Of a DNA stretch of 64,000 nt, positions 39,943-53,790 are shown one piece after another. Origin of the DNA: the human T2T-CHM13v2.0 reference genome, Homo sapiens. Each line of letters opens with the position of its first letter. Within the stretch, counting starts at the first letter, position 1. Both the position numbers and the translations under genes were made by a program. The stretch lies in the NCBI RefSeq assembly GCF_009914755.1, contig NC_060930.1. One strand, written 5' to 3'. The notes beneath the pieces are model-generated. The model was not told where the DNA came from, made no database searches, and saw only the letters and a list, made by a program, of their open reading frames with translations.

Positions 39943-42020
39943 TTATGATCTGTTGCCTTAATAGAAGAAACAGAAGACTATCAAATCTCCCCTCCCCCTG
40001 TCCCCCCAGAAACCTCACAAAACTAAGTCCAGTTGGTTTTGACTTATATGTGGTGTTTTGGCTGTGCTTTTCTCTGCTAAGTTACTCCTCTCCACTCCAG
40101 CCTGGCCTCTTGTTCTTTTTAAACATTGGTTCACCTGAGAGCCAGGTGGCAACATTTTATGACCTTGTTCATTACACAAAGGCTGGCCCGCAGTACTGCT
40201 GGATGGGCCACTTGTGAGCCCAGAGTTATAGGACAGGACCCAGAGACAGAAGGATGCCAGGAGCCCTTTCAGGGAGCCTGGATGTGCAGCGTGGCCAGCC
40301 CTGCTCTCTGGGGGAATTTGGGGTTCTCAGGAGGGGGTTTAAGAACTGGAATCTCTCCTGAAGCCACAGACTATAAGCTTGGACCCATAGCCCAGCGTCA
40401 GCAAAGGCAACATCAGACTTCCCTGCACCGGCAAAACCTGCACCAGCGTGGGAGGTCTCCACAGGGCTATCCCCGCTGCCCTCACCCACCACTCACCAGC
40501 CAGGGTCACACAGGAAACCCACACATGTGGAAGGGAGTGGACCTATCGAGGCAGAAATCACCTCCAAGACGGCAAAGCGAACCTGCCTCACTGACCTATC
40601 TAAAGAAAACCTCTTTCAGTGGAAGGAAAGCAGAGGTGGTCTCAGAGGGGTGACCGTGGGGGACTTAGCTCTGTGGTCTCCGCATGGAGAGGACCTGCTC
40701 CTTAGCCAGTGCCACTGAAGGTCTGAATAATAGTAAAAAATAAATCAGCAGCATCATCCTCTTGGCTGAGCTCGCGGGCCCCTTGCTTTGCTGCAGGCAT
40801 TCTCTCAAGTGTCGTGCCTGTGCTCACGTGTTGAACTGCACGACTGTCTGTGTTGTGACTCACTTTACAGGCAGGAATGACCAGGGACGGAAGGGGCTTC
40901 CACAGGAAGGAGTAGCCACAAACGTGATGTGGGCATCTCCGACTGCGAACTGGCTTTCTGGGTTAGGCTGTGGGCCCATCTCCGGAGCTGGTCTAATGTG
41001 TGTCTGCCCCTCGCGGAGAGGTGAGCAGCCCGTGCGGGCACGTGGAACACAGCCAGGGTCTGTGAGCTCCCGGGGCTGAGGCCGGAGCCTGGAGAGTGCT
41101 ACAGTGACCCAAGTGGCAAAGGACCAGCGAGGCCCTGGGCACCAGCCGGGGGTTCTCCAGGCGACACCGCAGGACTCAGCCCTGGGGTTCCCTAGCAAGG
41201 GGACGAGGAGTGGGGTGTGGTGGGAGGAGAGGCGGTCAAAACTCTGAAGGGAACTGGGTTTGGCAGGCACACAGTTCTGCCACACGCCAGCGGAGCAACC
41301 TTCATCCCGTCTCCTAAAGTGCTCATGGCCTCAGTTTCCTCCTGTGTGTGATGCACAGGCCGGAGGGCGGGATACCCCTGAAATGCCACGACCCGATTGT
41401 CATCCAGGTCAGATTCCAGAGCACTCACTGCACGCCTGCTCCACCCTGAGGTCACCAGCCCCCTGCCCAGCTGGGAGAGTGGGATTGGGGGAGGGAGGGA
41501 GGGTCCTGTGAAGATTGGGAAAGGAGCCCACACAGTTCCTAGGGCGGAGAAGACCCAGTCCAAACTGGGTTCTGTTAAGCACTCTGCCTGCGAAAACGCG
41601 CAGAGACAATTCACATTTCCAGACGCTGATGCAAAAATGCCTAACTCCGTGTACATCTCAGTTTGTAACTAAGCGCAAGGATTCTGTGTCTAAATAAGAA
41701 AAATACTTTAACTCGAAAATCATGGCATCTCTTGTAATCATCACGCTAAGCCCGAAGAGCACAAAGCATAAAGAGGGTTCGACTCCTCCCACGTCTGCGT
41801 TTCTGCGTTCTCGTTTGCATCCCAGCCCCACTTTCTGATGGTGGGGATGTGGGATGGGGAGGAGGCTGCCAGGAAATGCTTGGCCTGGACACTTGCCCAG
41901 TGTCCCAAGCCCTCAGGCACTGCCTTCTTCCGCATTTCGGGACCTCTGAACCAACCTGGGGACAGGGGTCCACGTGGGGAACAGCCGCCATGGCACAGAA
42001 GAGGGTCGGGGCAGGCTCAC

Positions 42021-42163
42021 CATGAGCACGCCGAAGGACCACCAGTCGGCACTCTGCGTGTGTCCTCGCCGGTTCACCACCTCGGGCGCCATGTACTCGA
42101 TCGTCCCGCAGAAGGAGTACGCTCTCTTGTCGTGGTCAATGGCCTCCTTACTCAGGCCGAAAT
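42021..42163 (-). CDS. RPS6KA2: RPS6KA2 coding exon (~exon 8), 143 nt: [48 protein letters not shown] (activation loop containing the PDK1-site serine)
   Basis: Minus strand reads catgtag|ATTTCGGC...CTCATG|gtgagc. DFG, SFCGT and APE motifs are visible in ORF 41913..42221. Confidence 0.98.
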
Positions 42164-42923
42164 CTACATGCAAACACAGCACACACACTGCCTCAGTCTC
42201 TGGGTGTGTTCGGGGGTCCACACTCAGGCGGGCATCAGCGTCCTTCTGTGGGCTCTGCCCCCTCTCCAGGTGGGCGCAGCAGAGCCCTGCTCAGCAAAAG
42301 CGGGACCATGTGAGTGCTTCCCGAAGCCCGTCAGTGCCCGAAGCCCGCCGGTGCCTGAAGCCGAAATCCTCAAAGCGTGAGGAGTTCCTTATGAGTGTAC
42401 ACACTCAGGAGCGCCTTGGAACACCACCCAGACAGCAGGTTGTCAGTCAGTGACGGGAACTCCCCCAGACCCTTTTCCACAGGCACGTGGAGGTGGGGTG
42501 TTGCAGGGCAGAGGGACCTGGGGTGGAGGGCAGGTGTGTGGCTGACAGCTACTGGGAAAGGGGCTCTGGCTGCCGGGGAGCCAAGGGGAAGGCAGAGTGT
42601 GGCGAACCTGCCCTGCCCCGACAACACGAGGGTGTGGAGAGCACAGACAGGCGGAGGAGGCCTGGGGAGCAGAGGCCGAGCTATGATGGAAGAACAGGGA
42701 TCTCCAGGTGCCACAGAGCAAGGAGGGGCTTCTGAAGGAAGTGGCCCCGGGGCTGGAAAGAACAAGAGTGCATTGGCTCAGGGCCCGCAAGTCTTGGGGA
42801 TGACAGAGCGTGGCTAAATAGAGCCAAGGCAGGCCCAGCCAGTGGGTAGAGCAGCAGTGCCCAGAGAGGCCATGTCCTTGCCCCTGAGCCTGGGAATGGG
42901 CCACCTTATGTGGCAGAAGGGAC

Positions 42924-43290
42924 TGATATGGTTTAGCTGAGTCCCCATCCAAATCTCACCTTGAATTGTAAGAATCCCCACGTGTCGTGGGAGGGACAGA
43001 GTGGGAGGTAACTGAATCATGGGGGTGGGTTTTTCCAGTGCTATTCTCGTGACAGTGAATAAGACTCACGAGATCTGATGGTTTTATACAGGGCAGTTCT
43101 CCTGCACATGCTCTCTCTTTGCCTGCTGCCATGTAAGACGTGCTTTTTCTCCTCCTTCTCCTTCTGCCATGATTGTGAGGCCTCCCCAGCCAGGTGGAAC
43201 AGGGTGAGTCCATTAAACCTCTTTCCTTTATGAATTACCCAGCCTTGGGTATGTCTTTATTAGCAGTGTGAGAATGGGCTAACATGGGGA
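42924..43290 (+). mobile_element. THE1 (ERVL-MaLR) solo LTR
   Basis: TGATATGGTTT start after TSD gggac at 42919-42923, typical THE1 body and ATTAAA signal. The 3' end is amplified into the array at 43271-43445. Confidence 0.9.
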
Positions 43291-43445
43291 CTTTGAGAAC
43301 AGACTAATACAGGGATTTTCAGAACAGACTAATACAGGGACTTTGAGAACAGACTAATACAGGGACTTTCAGAACAGACTAACACAGGGACTTTCAGAAC
43401 AGACTAATACAGGGACTTTCAGAACAGACTAACACAGGGACTTTG
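43271..43445. repeat. 25-bp minisatellite, 7 copies (agaacagactaatacagggactttc)
   Basis: Units start at 43271, 43296, 43321, 43346, 43371, 43396 and 43421. Confidence 0.95.
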
Positions 43446-43982
43446 CAGATGCCATTGAGGATCTGGAGATAGGGGATGACCCTGGATTTCTGGGTGTGCC
43501 CAACACCATGGCAAGGGTCTTCAGGTTAGGAAGGGAGGCAAGATGCAGTCAGAGAGCTTGGAAGATGCTGCCTGCTGGCTTCCACCATGGGGGACGCAGC
43601 CCAGCCAAGGACTGCGGGCAGCTTCTACTAGCTGGAAGAAGCTAAGCAAGGGAGTCTCCTCTAGAGGCCCCCAAAAGGCAGGCAGCCCTGCTGACACCTT
43701 GATTTCATTCCTGGGAGACTTATTTCACACTTGGGGCCTCCTGACCTGTCAGGTGATAAGTTTGTGTGGTTTAAAGCCCCGATGTTCCTGGCATTTTGTT
43801 GCAGATGCTATAGGGAACTAATACAAATGGGGTGTCCTGAGACTAGAGGAGCTGTTGCCAGTTTGACTGAATTTGCTGGTGGCTGCCAGGGCTCAGATGG
43901 AAACAGGGAGGGAAGTCACGTGGCCACCACCACGGTCCAGGGAGTGAGAAGGAGGCAGGGACAGCATCAGTGAGGGCAGCAG

Positions 43983-44110
43983 TGCAGGCCGCACTCCAGC
44001 GAGACTCCAGATGTCTGCCCTCAGGTTGGCACTGGGCATCTGCAAGGCCCACATTGCAGGCTACACTCCAGCAAGACTCCAGATGTCTGCACTAAGGTCA
44101 GCACTGGGCA
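43983..44110. repeat. Tandem duplication with a 72-bp period
   Basis: tgcaggc..cactccagc.agactccagatgtctgc...gcactgggca at 43983 and 44055. Confidence 0.8.
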
Positions 44111-44399
44111 CTGGGACTCCTGAACTAAACACCCAGCGACGCTGAAGGAGCCCAGCAAACAGAACGTGGCAGGGGAGAGGGAAAAGAAGGGGCCACCGGG
44201 AAGCTGCATGGGTCTGGACGTTATGAAGACATACAATGCCATAAGCAGTCTGTAGCTATAGAAAATTCTGCCAAATCAGAGACAAGCATCTGGCAAAGGG
44301 AAGGGCGGTGTAAATAAGAGGGCTTGGGCTTTGAGGTGGTCCCCAAAGGTACCAGGGCTGAGATGAAGCCATGGAGGGGGCCTGCCGTCTTTTACAAAC

Positions 44400-44437
44400 C
44401 TGTGATCTTAATGTGCCCCTCTTCATCCAGGAGGATG
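44400..44437 (-). CDS. RPS6KA2: RPS6KA2 coding exon (~exon 7), 38 nt: ILLDEEGHIKIT(D)
   Basis: Minus strand reads cttttag|CATCCTCCTGGATGAAGAGGGGCACATTAAGATCACAG|gtttgt. It joins the catalytic loop to the DFG motif in frame. Confidence 0.96.
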
Positions 44438-45394
44438 CTAAAAGAAAGGGAGAGAAAACAGATGCTTTAGAAAGAGACCCAGCCTGCCGACGGGCACGCA
44501 GAGCTCAGAGGAGAGCTGCGGGGCAGCTGGGGGCGGACGTTTTCAGGGAGCCCTGATGGAGCTGGCCCAGGAGATCCCCACGGCTTGTGCGGTGGGCCTT
44601 CCCATCCTGCCTCGCTTCTCCACAGCTCCCAGCTCGAGAAAGCATTTGGTGCCACACCTCCTGGATAAAGGGATGTGTGTTCGTGCAGCTGGAGGACTGC
44701 TGGCTTTAGATATTCGTGGGTCCCCAGGGAAGGTCTAGGAGCCCTCCAGACTGCTGTGCGCAAAGCATAGGTGGAGAGCGTCCTGGGACTGCTGTGGCCT
44801 GTGGAGACCCAGAGCCTCGCAGATGGAATGTTTCTGCACTCGGGATGCCCTTGATGTCCAAAGACCCCCTTCTTCTCCCATGTATCCTCCCCTGAGCCCT
44901 GCCCTGGCTCTCCAGACCCACCCAGGTGAGGCCTGCACAAGCGGGGGCCAAGGCATCGAGGAGCTTCGGGCTTCAGCAGGTACATCTTGTGATGAGACCT
45001 GCTCCCGGCTTGGCACCCCTGCGGGCCACTGGGTCCCTGTCTTGTTCCCTGCCAAGCCCTTGTCACGCCATGTGCCGGACGTGACAGTTGCCTTTGCTCC
45101 TCCCAGGTATCCTGCCGTGGGGTGAACCCTGCATAGAGAATGGAGGCAGGGTCCATAAAGGGCTGGGTGCAGGCATAAATCCCTTCTTCCCTGAACATCA
45201 GGCGGGAGTCTGGGCTGTGATACCTTGACACACCTGTGGCCCTAAACTTTCCCCATTTATTTATTTGGCTGTAATTAAATCCTGTTCTTCCAGATGCTGG
45301 GAGGTACCAGCCTAGCCCTAAAGAGACCAGGAAGTGGGCTGGAAAGAAACAAAGGCAAGGCTTGGAGGATTAATCTGTGATACCTTTATAGAAA

Positions 45395-45750
45395 CCTGTG
45401 AAAGGAAGGAAAGCCTGACTTGCTACAGCACAGAGGAGCCCGGAGGACATTATGCTCGATTAAATAAGCCCGTCCCCAAACGACAGGTATTATATGATTT
45501 TACAAATATAAAATGTATGGTCCCTAGAGGGGCCAGAGTCACAGAGATGGAAAGTGGATGGCGGGTGCCGGGGGCTGGGGAGCTACTGTGCAGGGGGACA
45601 GAGCTTTAGTTCTGCAAGATGAAACAGTTCTGGAGATGGACGGTGGGGATGGGGGCCCAGCAATGGGAACGTGCTTAATGCCACTGAACTGGGCACTTAA
45701 ACGTGGTGAAAACTGTAAAAGTCATGTGTATTTTTCTACAATTAAAAAAA
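45395..45750 (+). mobile_element. L1MB-like 3' end
   Basis: ggacattatgct...ttctggagatggacggtggggatgg...gtgcttaatgccactgaact...cacttaaa...caattaaaaaaa. Confidence 0.75.
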
Positions 45751-46406
45751 ATCTGCCACAGAGTTAAAAAAATAACCACTATTTTCTGGAAATGGGAAGG
45801 AAAAGTTACAGCATGTAATTAAGATGACAATTTATAATGAACAAGGCAAATCTTTTCATCTTTGCCTTTTGGGCATATTCAATCTTTGCCCAGAATTAAG
45901 CACCTTTCAAGATTAATTCTCTAATAATTCTAGTTGAACAACACAACCTTTTCCTTCAAGCTTGCAATTAAATAAGGCTATTTTTAGCTGTAAGGATCAC
46001 GCTGACCTTCAGGAGCAATGAGAACCGGCACTCCCGGCCTGAGTGGATGCACGGGGAGTGTGTCTAACACACAGGCGTCAACAGCCAGGGCCGCACGAGG
46101 AGGAGGAGTGGCAACGTCCACACAGACTCACAACACGGCACTCCGACTTGGAGGGTAATTAATACCAGGTTAACTTCTGGGATGACCTTGGCAACGACCC
46201 AAGGTGACAGGCCAGGCTCTGCAATCACCTCCCAATTAAGGAGAGGCGAAAGGGGACTCCCAGGGCTCAGAGCACCACGGGGTTCTAGGTCAGACCCACT
46301 TTGAAATGGAAATCTGGCCTTGTGCTGCTGCTCTTGTGGGGAGACAGCAGCTGCGGAGGCTGCTCTCTTCATGGGATTACTCTGGATAAAGTCTTTTTTG
46401 ATTCTA

Positions 46407-46728
46407 CGTTGAGCATCCCTTATCTGAAATGCCTGAAACCGGAAGTGTTTAGGATTTGGGGATTTTGGAATATTTACTTATATATAATGAGATATCTTGG
46501 AGATGGGCCACAAGTCTGAAATGAAACAAAATTCATTTATGTTTCATATATACCTTCTACACATCACCTGGAGCTAATTTATAGAATATTTTAAATAATT
46601 TTGTGTATGAAACCACGTTTGTGTTAAGTGCTTATGTGTGGAATTTTCCACTGGGGGGTGTCCCATTGGGGCTCAAAAAGTTTTGGATTTTGGAGCATTT
46701 CAGATTCGGATGAGGGATGCTCCAGCTG
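46407..46728. mobile_element. MER46C-like (TcMar-Tigger) MITE
   Basis: Inverted termini gttgagcatccct and agggatgctc..ctg, flanked by TA at 46405-46406 and 46729-46730. Confidence 0.8.
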
Positions 46729-48017
46729 TATTTACACACGTATTCAACTCACATGTGTGCCTGTGGCGTTCCACGGACTGGTGGTGAAGTCAGATCATCA
46801 AGCACATGGGCAAATGCATTTTGCATCCTGCAGTGGATATGGGATGTGACCTGGTTTCTGGGTAAACCCAGCTGTTTCCCATAGATGACAGCTGCATCTA
46901 ACAACACCAGCTTCGGAGCAGGGCTTGTCTTTTCTCAGTTCCATGCAGGTGACAGGGCAGGAATGTGGAGTAGCAACTGGGACGCGTTTGCAGACCCCAG
47001 GGCCCCCCCTTGGTCTTAGCTCACAGGCACGGGGCTCTCTGGTGGTACCCAAGGCCGGTCGGTCCCACCAGGCCACAGGTGATGCCTCATCTAGGGGCGG
47101 CTATGGGCCCTGGTCTGGGTGGGTGGCATTAATCGGCCCCTCAGGGCAGGGAAGAGTGAGTGATCACCTCAGGGATACTGCTGAGGTCAACTCAACCTAA
47201 AATACCATCCTCCAAATCTCTTCTTTTCTAAGTGGATCACTCCTAGTTATGTGTCAGGTCTACAAAGAATATGTAAAAACAACAACAACAAAATGAAAAT
47301 GGGAACACTATTATTTTGGAGGGACTTTACTGTTCAAAAATCTAGAATAGATTAGCAAAATATCGTAGAAATAATAGCCTCACAGGTCACCACTGCCAAG
47401 GATATACAAATCTCAGTGGACTCTGGGTCTGAGAATTCTGGGGCCGTTGTCTTTTAGGTAAGTTCTTGGGAGAGCTGTTCTGACTGGGGACCTAGAGGTG
47501 GGGCTGACAAGTAACTGAGTAGAGGTTCATTGACCACATTCCTGGGACTTGCTGAAGTAGATGAAAGGGCTTCCTGAATCTGGAGGACAGTAGGGAAGAG
47601 ATGAGAGAGGAGGAGAAACTGCCCTGGAGGCAGCCATGTTTGAGATGGTCCCCAGTGGCCAGATGAGCCTCACCCAGGAGAGAGGGCGGGAATGTGGGTC
47701 AGGGTCGTGGGCGTGCCCCTCCCCAGCTCCGGCTTCCCGTGCATCACAGACATGCACCTGAGCCTGGCCTCCCTCAGGCGTTATGAGTGTCAGGTGAGAA
47801 TGGGCCTGGGCATTTCCTATGCAAATCAGCAAGGCCACACCTGCATCTGGGCACCTGATGCCTGAGCCAGTCCTGCCGGCACAAGAGTCTCCCCAGCCTG
47901 CTCTCTGATATGTCCTCATTTAGGAAATAAATATCTAGCAGTGGCTACCAACATGGGCCAGGAAAATACATGGAGCTGATGGGCGTGGGGAAGTCAGCCC
48001 TAGTTTTTTCTCACTTA

Positions 48018-48125
<108 letters not shown>

Positions 48126-49547
48126 CTAGTAAGAAAAAAACAAAAACAAAAACAAAAAACGTTTAACTTGTTTTATGGCTGGTGTGTTTTAAAGAACTCT
48201 GCCAGAGAGACTGAGAGTCCACACTGGGGTCAGTTTGCTCTGTGGAACGCTATGGCCCCCCAGAGTGGTCTTCTGACTCTTCTCATGGAAAAGTGAGTTC
48301 CCTCTGCAGTTCCAAGATCAGTGGATGGAGACGAGGGCTTCCTGCACAGGTGACTCATGCCGCCTTGAGAGTGGGGTGCTGAGATTCAGCCTCTCCTCTC
48401 TGTGTCCTTCTCACCCCTGCAAATCATTTGGCTCTGGAGTAGGTTTCTGGGTTTACATTCTAGCATGAGTGCTGCTCATGTGAATTCATAACAAATGTAA
48501 TACAAGTAAGACGCTGAGGGCTTGATGAGGTGACTGAAAATGGGGCTCAAATATCATTCTTTCCCCATGGATTATCTATCTCCACTCCTTGGGTTGATGC
48601 AAACTAGTAGCCTACGTAACCTGCTGTCAACCCAAAGTGGGATTAGTTCTACCAAAGATCACCCACAGGTGGTACAGAGTTGGCTATGGGTGCCCCAAGC
48701 TGAGGGGGCGGGATGGGGAGGGGTTTCCAGGTGTTGGGGTTGGCAGCCACATTCCGGGATCCCACGTAGCTGGGACAGCTCAGGGCTGGGAGGTGACCAG
48801 GCAGGGATGGCCTAAGTGTCCATGTCCCGGGGGCTCACTCAGGCCAGCCGAAACATGCATGAGGCCTCGGAGCCCAACAGACTCCAAAGCCATCGCCCCA
48901 TAATGACTCATCCCCACCCCCGACTTGTTAGAATCAGCACATAGATTTTGTAGACCCCCTTAAGAGGAAGCAAAATCATGACCACAAGCCATTTTCTATA
49001 TTCGTCAGGAGAAATCAATGTTATGGAGACTACAAGTCCACATGATTACTGAATTCTCTCCGGTAAGCAGACGTGAAAAATCAGCACGCAGCCAGAAGGC
49101 TGCCCGGCAAACACAAAATTAGAAGGGCAGCCAGGGGACCTGAACGGTGAGTGGCGTCAGGCCGACAGCCGGGCACCCGCTTCACACAGGGGGTTCTTCC
49201 ACAGGGCTGGACACGCAGGCTCTGCATCCTGACAGTGACTGGTGGGTGCCAGCCACCCACCGGCCCCCCGAGTCCCCGTCCTCCATTCCACGCTTGGCCA
49301 GCGCCTTTCCCGGATGTATGTTTCTTTTCTAGATCGGTTAAGGTGCTCAGTGGACTGACTGACAGCACGTTCTGCTAGTGGCCTGGTTCTTTCCTCTGAC
49401 TTGACATATCCACACGTGGCCCACCATGGGTTTTGTGTACAATTTAGGGCTCAGAGGCAAACCTGTCTTTCCACTCCCCTAGCTCTTAGTGTAACCCCCA
49501 AGGACAATAGCAGGAAGTTTCTCCATAGAAAGGGAACACCTCACGGT

Positions 49548-49706
49548 GTGAGTTCTGCAGGTTCACCGGCACAGCGATGGTCCCCGTAAGATGCTGGACC
49601 CCGTACTTGCTAAATGACGACCCAAGGTGAGTTCTGCAGGTTCGCCGGCACAGCGACGGTCCCCATAAGATGCTGGACCCCATACTTGCTGAATGAGGAC
49701 CCAAGG
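49548..49706. repeat. 79-bp tandem duplication
   Basis: gtgagttctgcaggttc...gacccaag starts at 49548 and 49627 with few mismatches. Confidence 0.92.
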
Positions 49707-50864
49707 AAAAGACTTTCCGCAGGTTCCCAGCAACTCCACGAATCTGTGGTGCCCGCCCTGGACAACTTCCCTCCTACTCCGAAATGAAGGCCCTCGGGGG
49801 AGACACACATTCCCACGTGGGGAGCTGCAGGACTTTTTGCTGATTACTGTTGTCTTTTTGGTCAGGGGGCCCAACCACAGGCGTGTCATAGCAGCTGCTG
49901 GACAAAACTGGACCCCAAATGGACTGACTCCCTGTGGATGAGAGGGGAGTGGACAAACCAACAGATGATACCACATGAGGAATGGGCAGACACCAGGCTC
50001 CAGCATCTTTGGAAATGGCCACACAGCAGGCGGCAAAGGAAGGGGCCAGACGCCAGTTCCCAAAGGCCTTTGTGTAGAGCTTGGATCAGGTTCTCCCGGC
50101 CCACTGTTTTTCCTCCATGCAAGGAGCCCCACAGAAACGTGCACCACTGTCCAAGGGACTGCTGGACGCAGAGGGACAGGGCAGCCATGGTCTCTGGGAC
50201 CCTTTGCGCCCGATTCAGGAGCAGCTCTGCCTTGGTTTACTGTTCATTTGGGGCTTTGTGCAAGACAGCGGGGTCTCCTGCTGAAAAGGGGGAAGGTGGG
50301 GAAAAGGGAGTGGGGGGTGTGAAGGCCACTGTTGCTGTGAAAGCACCTCGGCCACTCCTTTGTATAAGAGATGAACAAGCAGGATCGTCAGAACGGAAAG
50401 CCCGGCACTGGCACTGCCATGGGCAGAATCTGCCTTTTGCCATCCCATGAAGCGGGGTGCTTTTCACGTCAATCAGGGCCACGGGGCTCTCAGGGTGCAG
50501 TGAAGTTGCATCCTGGAGGGTTCCTACCTAAGGCACTGGAGGTCAAGGAGAAGCCCTGGGGTGTGCAGTAGCGGCTGTGAGACAAAGGTGGCGTGCGAAG
50601 ACCACACCCGATGCTCCCGAACAGCCCCAATGTTCAGCCGGCTTAGCAGTGCCTCCCTCTTCCCTCCCTCTTCCCAGGATGGAAAGTGAGACCCTGTGAG
50701 AGTCTTTCCCAGCCGCTCCTACCCACCGACCTGCGCCTTCCATCTGCGCTAGCTGGGAGGTCAACAGCGTGACTTATGGTCCCAGAGCTGCAGGGGCGCT
50801 GCCAGGGCCACCTGGGACGATTGCTAGGGCCACTTGTGCAGCTTCCTTAGAACCAGGCAGCAAT

Positions 50865-51942
<1,078 letters not shown>

Positions 51943-52867
51943 TCAGAGGGGCAGCACCCGGCAGAGGGGGTCTGACACTGTGAGCGCTGCCCTCTCTCAC
52001 TGTCGTTAGGGGGCCTTGAGATTTCTTTCATCTTTCTTTCCTCTCCCCTCCCTCCCTTTTTTAATCGCAAAGGAATTGAAAGATACACAGGGAGAAAGAT
52101 GTGAATATTTAAGCTGGTGTCGTTGCTGGCTTTTGTCGTAATGCATTAGTGAGCAGCCTGAAGATGGCTCTGGTGGGTTTGGAGGACATGTCCTTTCCGT
52201 CCTATGGAAGTGCCTTCTTCTTACAGAACTCCACTCTGGTACCAGGGAGCCCCCCGCTTGCCTTCCTCTCTTGAGGCAGTTCTGGTGATAGGTCAGCCCA
52301 GTTATTTGAACATCAACAATGGGGCTCACGTCCTAGGTCTGGTCACTGTGAGCTATAACTGCAGACTTTCTGTTTCAGGCCACAGGCAGGCTACACAGCT
52401 CCTGCCCACACTCAGCAAGGGCCTGCCTCTGTTGAGCGGGCGCATGAGCACGGGAGGGTCTAGAGAAGCCCGTCACCATCGCTGCTGTGACGATGGTTGC
52501 TGCAGTGGCACTGGTGAGGCACCGCGTGGCATCTTTTTTATCTACAAAGGAAGTGTGGCTGGAAGGGATCCCAATATCCCTGCATACTAGAAAACGTTTT
52601 ATTTTCTAAAAGTAAATGCTAGAAGCATCATAAATGTGGGGGTTTTAGAAACATAGCCCCCAGCTAGAAAGCCCTCTGCCAGGACTGTGTAAACTGAGTG
52701 TGCATTAAATGCTCCATCCTGGGCTTGGCAGGCAGGTGGAGGTGCTGGGTCACCACTGAGGTGATGTGGAGGTCTGTTTAAAGCTCTTTGTAGGACACCC
52801 AGTTCTCAATTTCTTCAGAAAAGCACCCTAGCAAGTAATGTAAATGACACGTGGGATGGGACTTGAC

Positions 52868-52947
52868 ACCAGCCACTTGGCAGCAGCGGAGGGGGCAGAG
52901 TTTTGGAAAGCCAGCCTCTGCAGCCTCCTCTGCCGGGAGGTAGAGGT
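52868..52947 (-). ncRNA. MIR1913: Intronic microRNA precursor mir-1913; mature sequence at about 52878-52899 (UCUGCCCCCUCCGCUGCUGCCA)
   Basis: The 80-nt minus-strand sequence ACCUCUACCUCCCGGCAGAGG...CUCUGCCCCCUCCGCUGCUGCCAAGUGGCUGGU matches hsa-mir-1913 as I recall it. GGCAG..GCAGAG can pair with CUCUGC..CUGCC. It lies on the host-gene strand. Confidence 0.85.
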
Positions 52948-53790
52948 TTGCAACTGCGCTGCCCACGGCCGAGAAGGAACAGCAGGGTGTGCCCAGCTTC
53001 TGCAGGCCTCCTTCATCCTGTCCTCAGATTCACGCAAATCTCACTAACACCTCCCCGACACACCACCTTGCCCTTTGCAACCAAGAACAAACTATTAGTT
53101 TTGTTGCTGTTCCCTTCTGTACTTTGCTCATCTGGATTATTAGGTGGGAAAGTTTAATGTAATAAGCCATGAATCTGCAGCCACCATCTCATCACATCTT
53201 TTTTAAATTTGAAGATTTCACTTACTGCTTCTCTGTTGGGATAAAAAGGCAGACAGCAAATGAAGAGAAGTTGTGTGGCAAAGCAGCTATGTGGCCTTTG
53301 GTTAATTATTTGAGCCTCAGAACATGAAAATAATAAGCTACCTTGAATAGAAGTTTTGAGGGTTCAACGAACTACTATCTTTAAACATGATATTCATTTG
53401 AAATGAGGTGTTACCATTTCTGGTTTAAAGAAATTATTGGGTCATAGAGTATTTTATTCTAAAACAACACAAAAATAAGTCATAGATTCACCCCAATCTA
53501 GGTTAAGATCTTCTAAATTATCAATGGTATGGTAATAATTTAATAATGGATACCCCATCTAAAATTAGATCTTTGAGATGAAAACAGGGCTTCTTGCTCT
53601 TTCAAAGAAAATAAATACAGAAGAGATTAAGTGATCAGGATAGAAGGCACCTTCCTCCCCAGGCAGGGCAGGACTCTATGGTATAGGAAAGATTTTCTTC
53701 TTTCTGATCTGTTATTTCTTTTTCAATTTTCTTTGATCTGGAGAAGGTTGCCCTGGGTCCTCTTTAAAGTGTCATTTTGACTCTACTTAC

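Larger units (their letters stand above)
42841..43825 (+). mobile_element. MLT1C/D-like MaLR LTR, split by a THE1 insertion
   Basis: ccttatgtggcagaagggac and tttgcagatg rejoin into the MLT1 motif ggcaaaagggactttgcagatg. The element ends ggaactaataca; its start is approximate. Confidence 0.75.

Noticed and set aside
41913-42221. ORF containing DFG and APE motifs, read as a stand-alone small kinase (likewise 34190..34381 and 32222..32455)
   Set aside because: Only the splice-bounded parts are kinase sequence; the extensions are intronic read-through.
44467-45231. Longest ORF in the track (254 aa, minus strand)
   Set aside because: No recognisable domain; it lies in GC-rich intron 6, where stop-poor frames are expected by chance.
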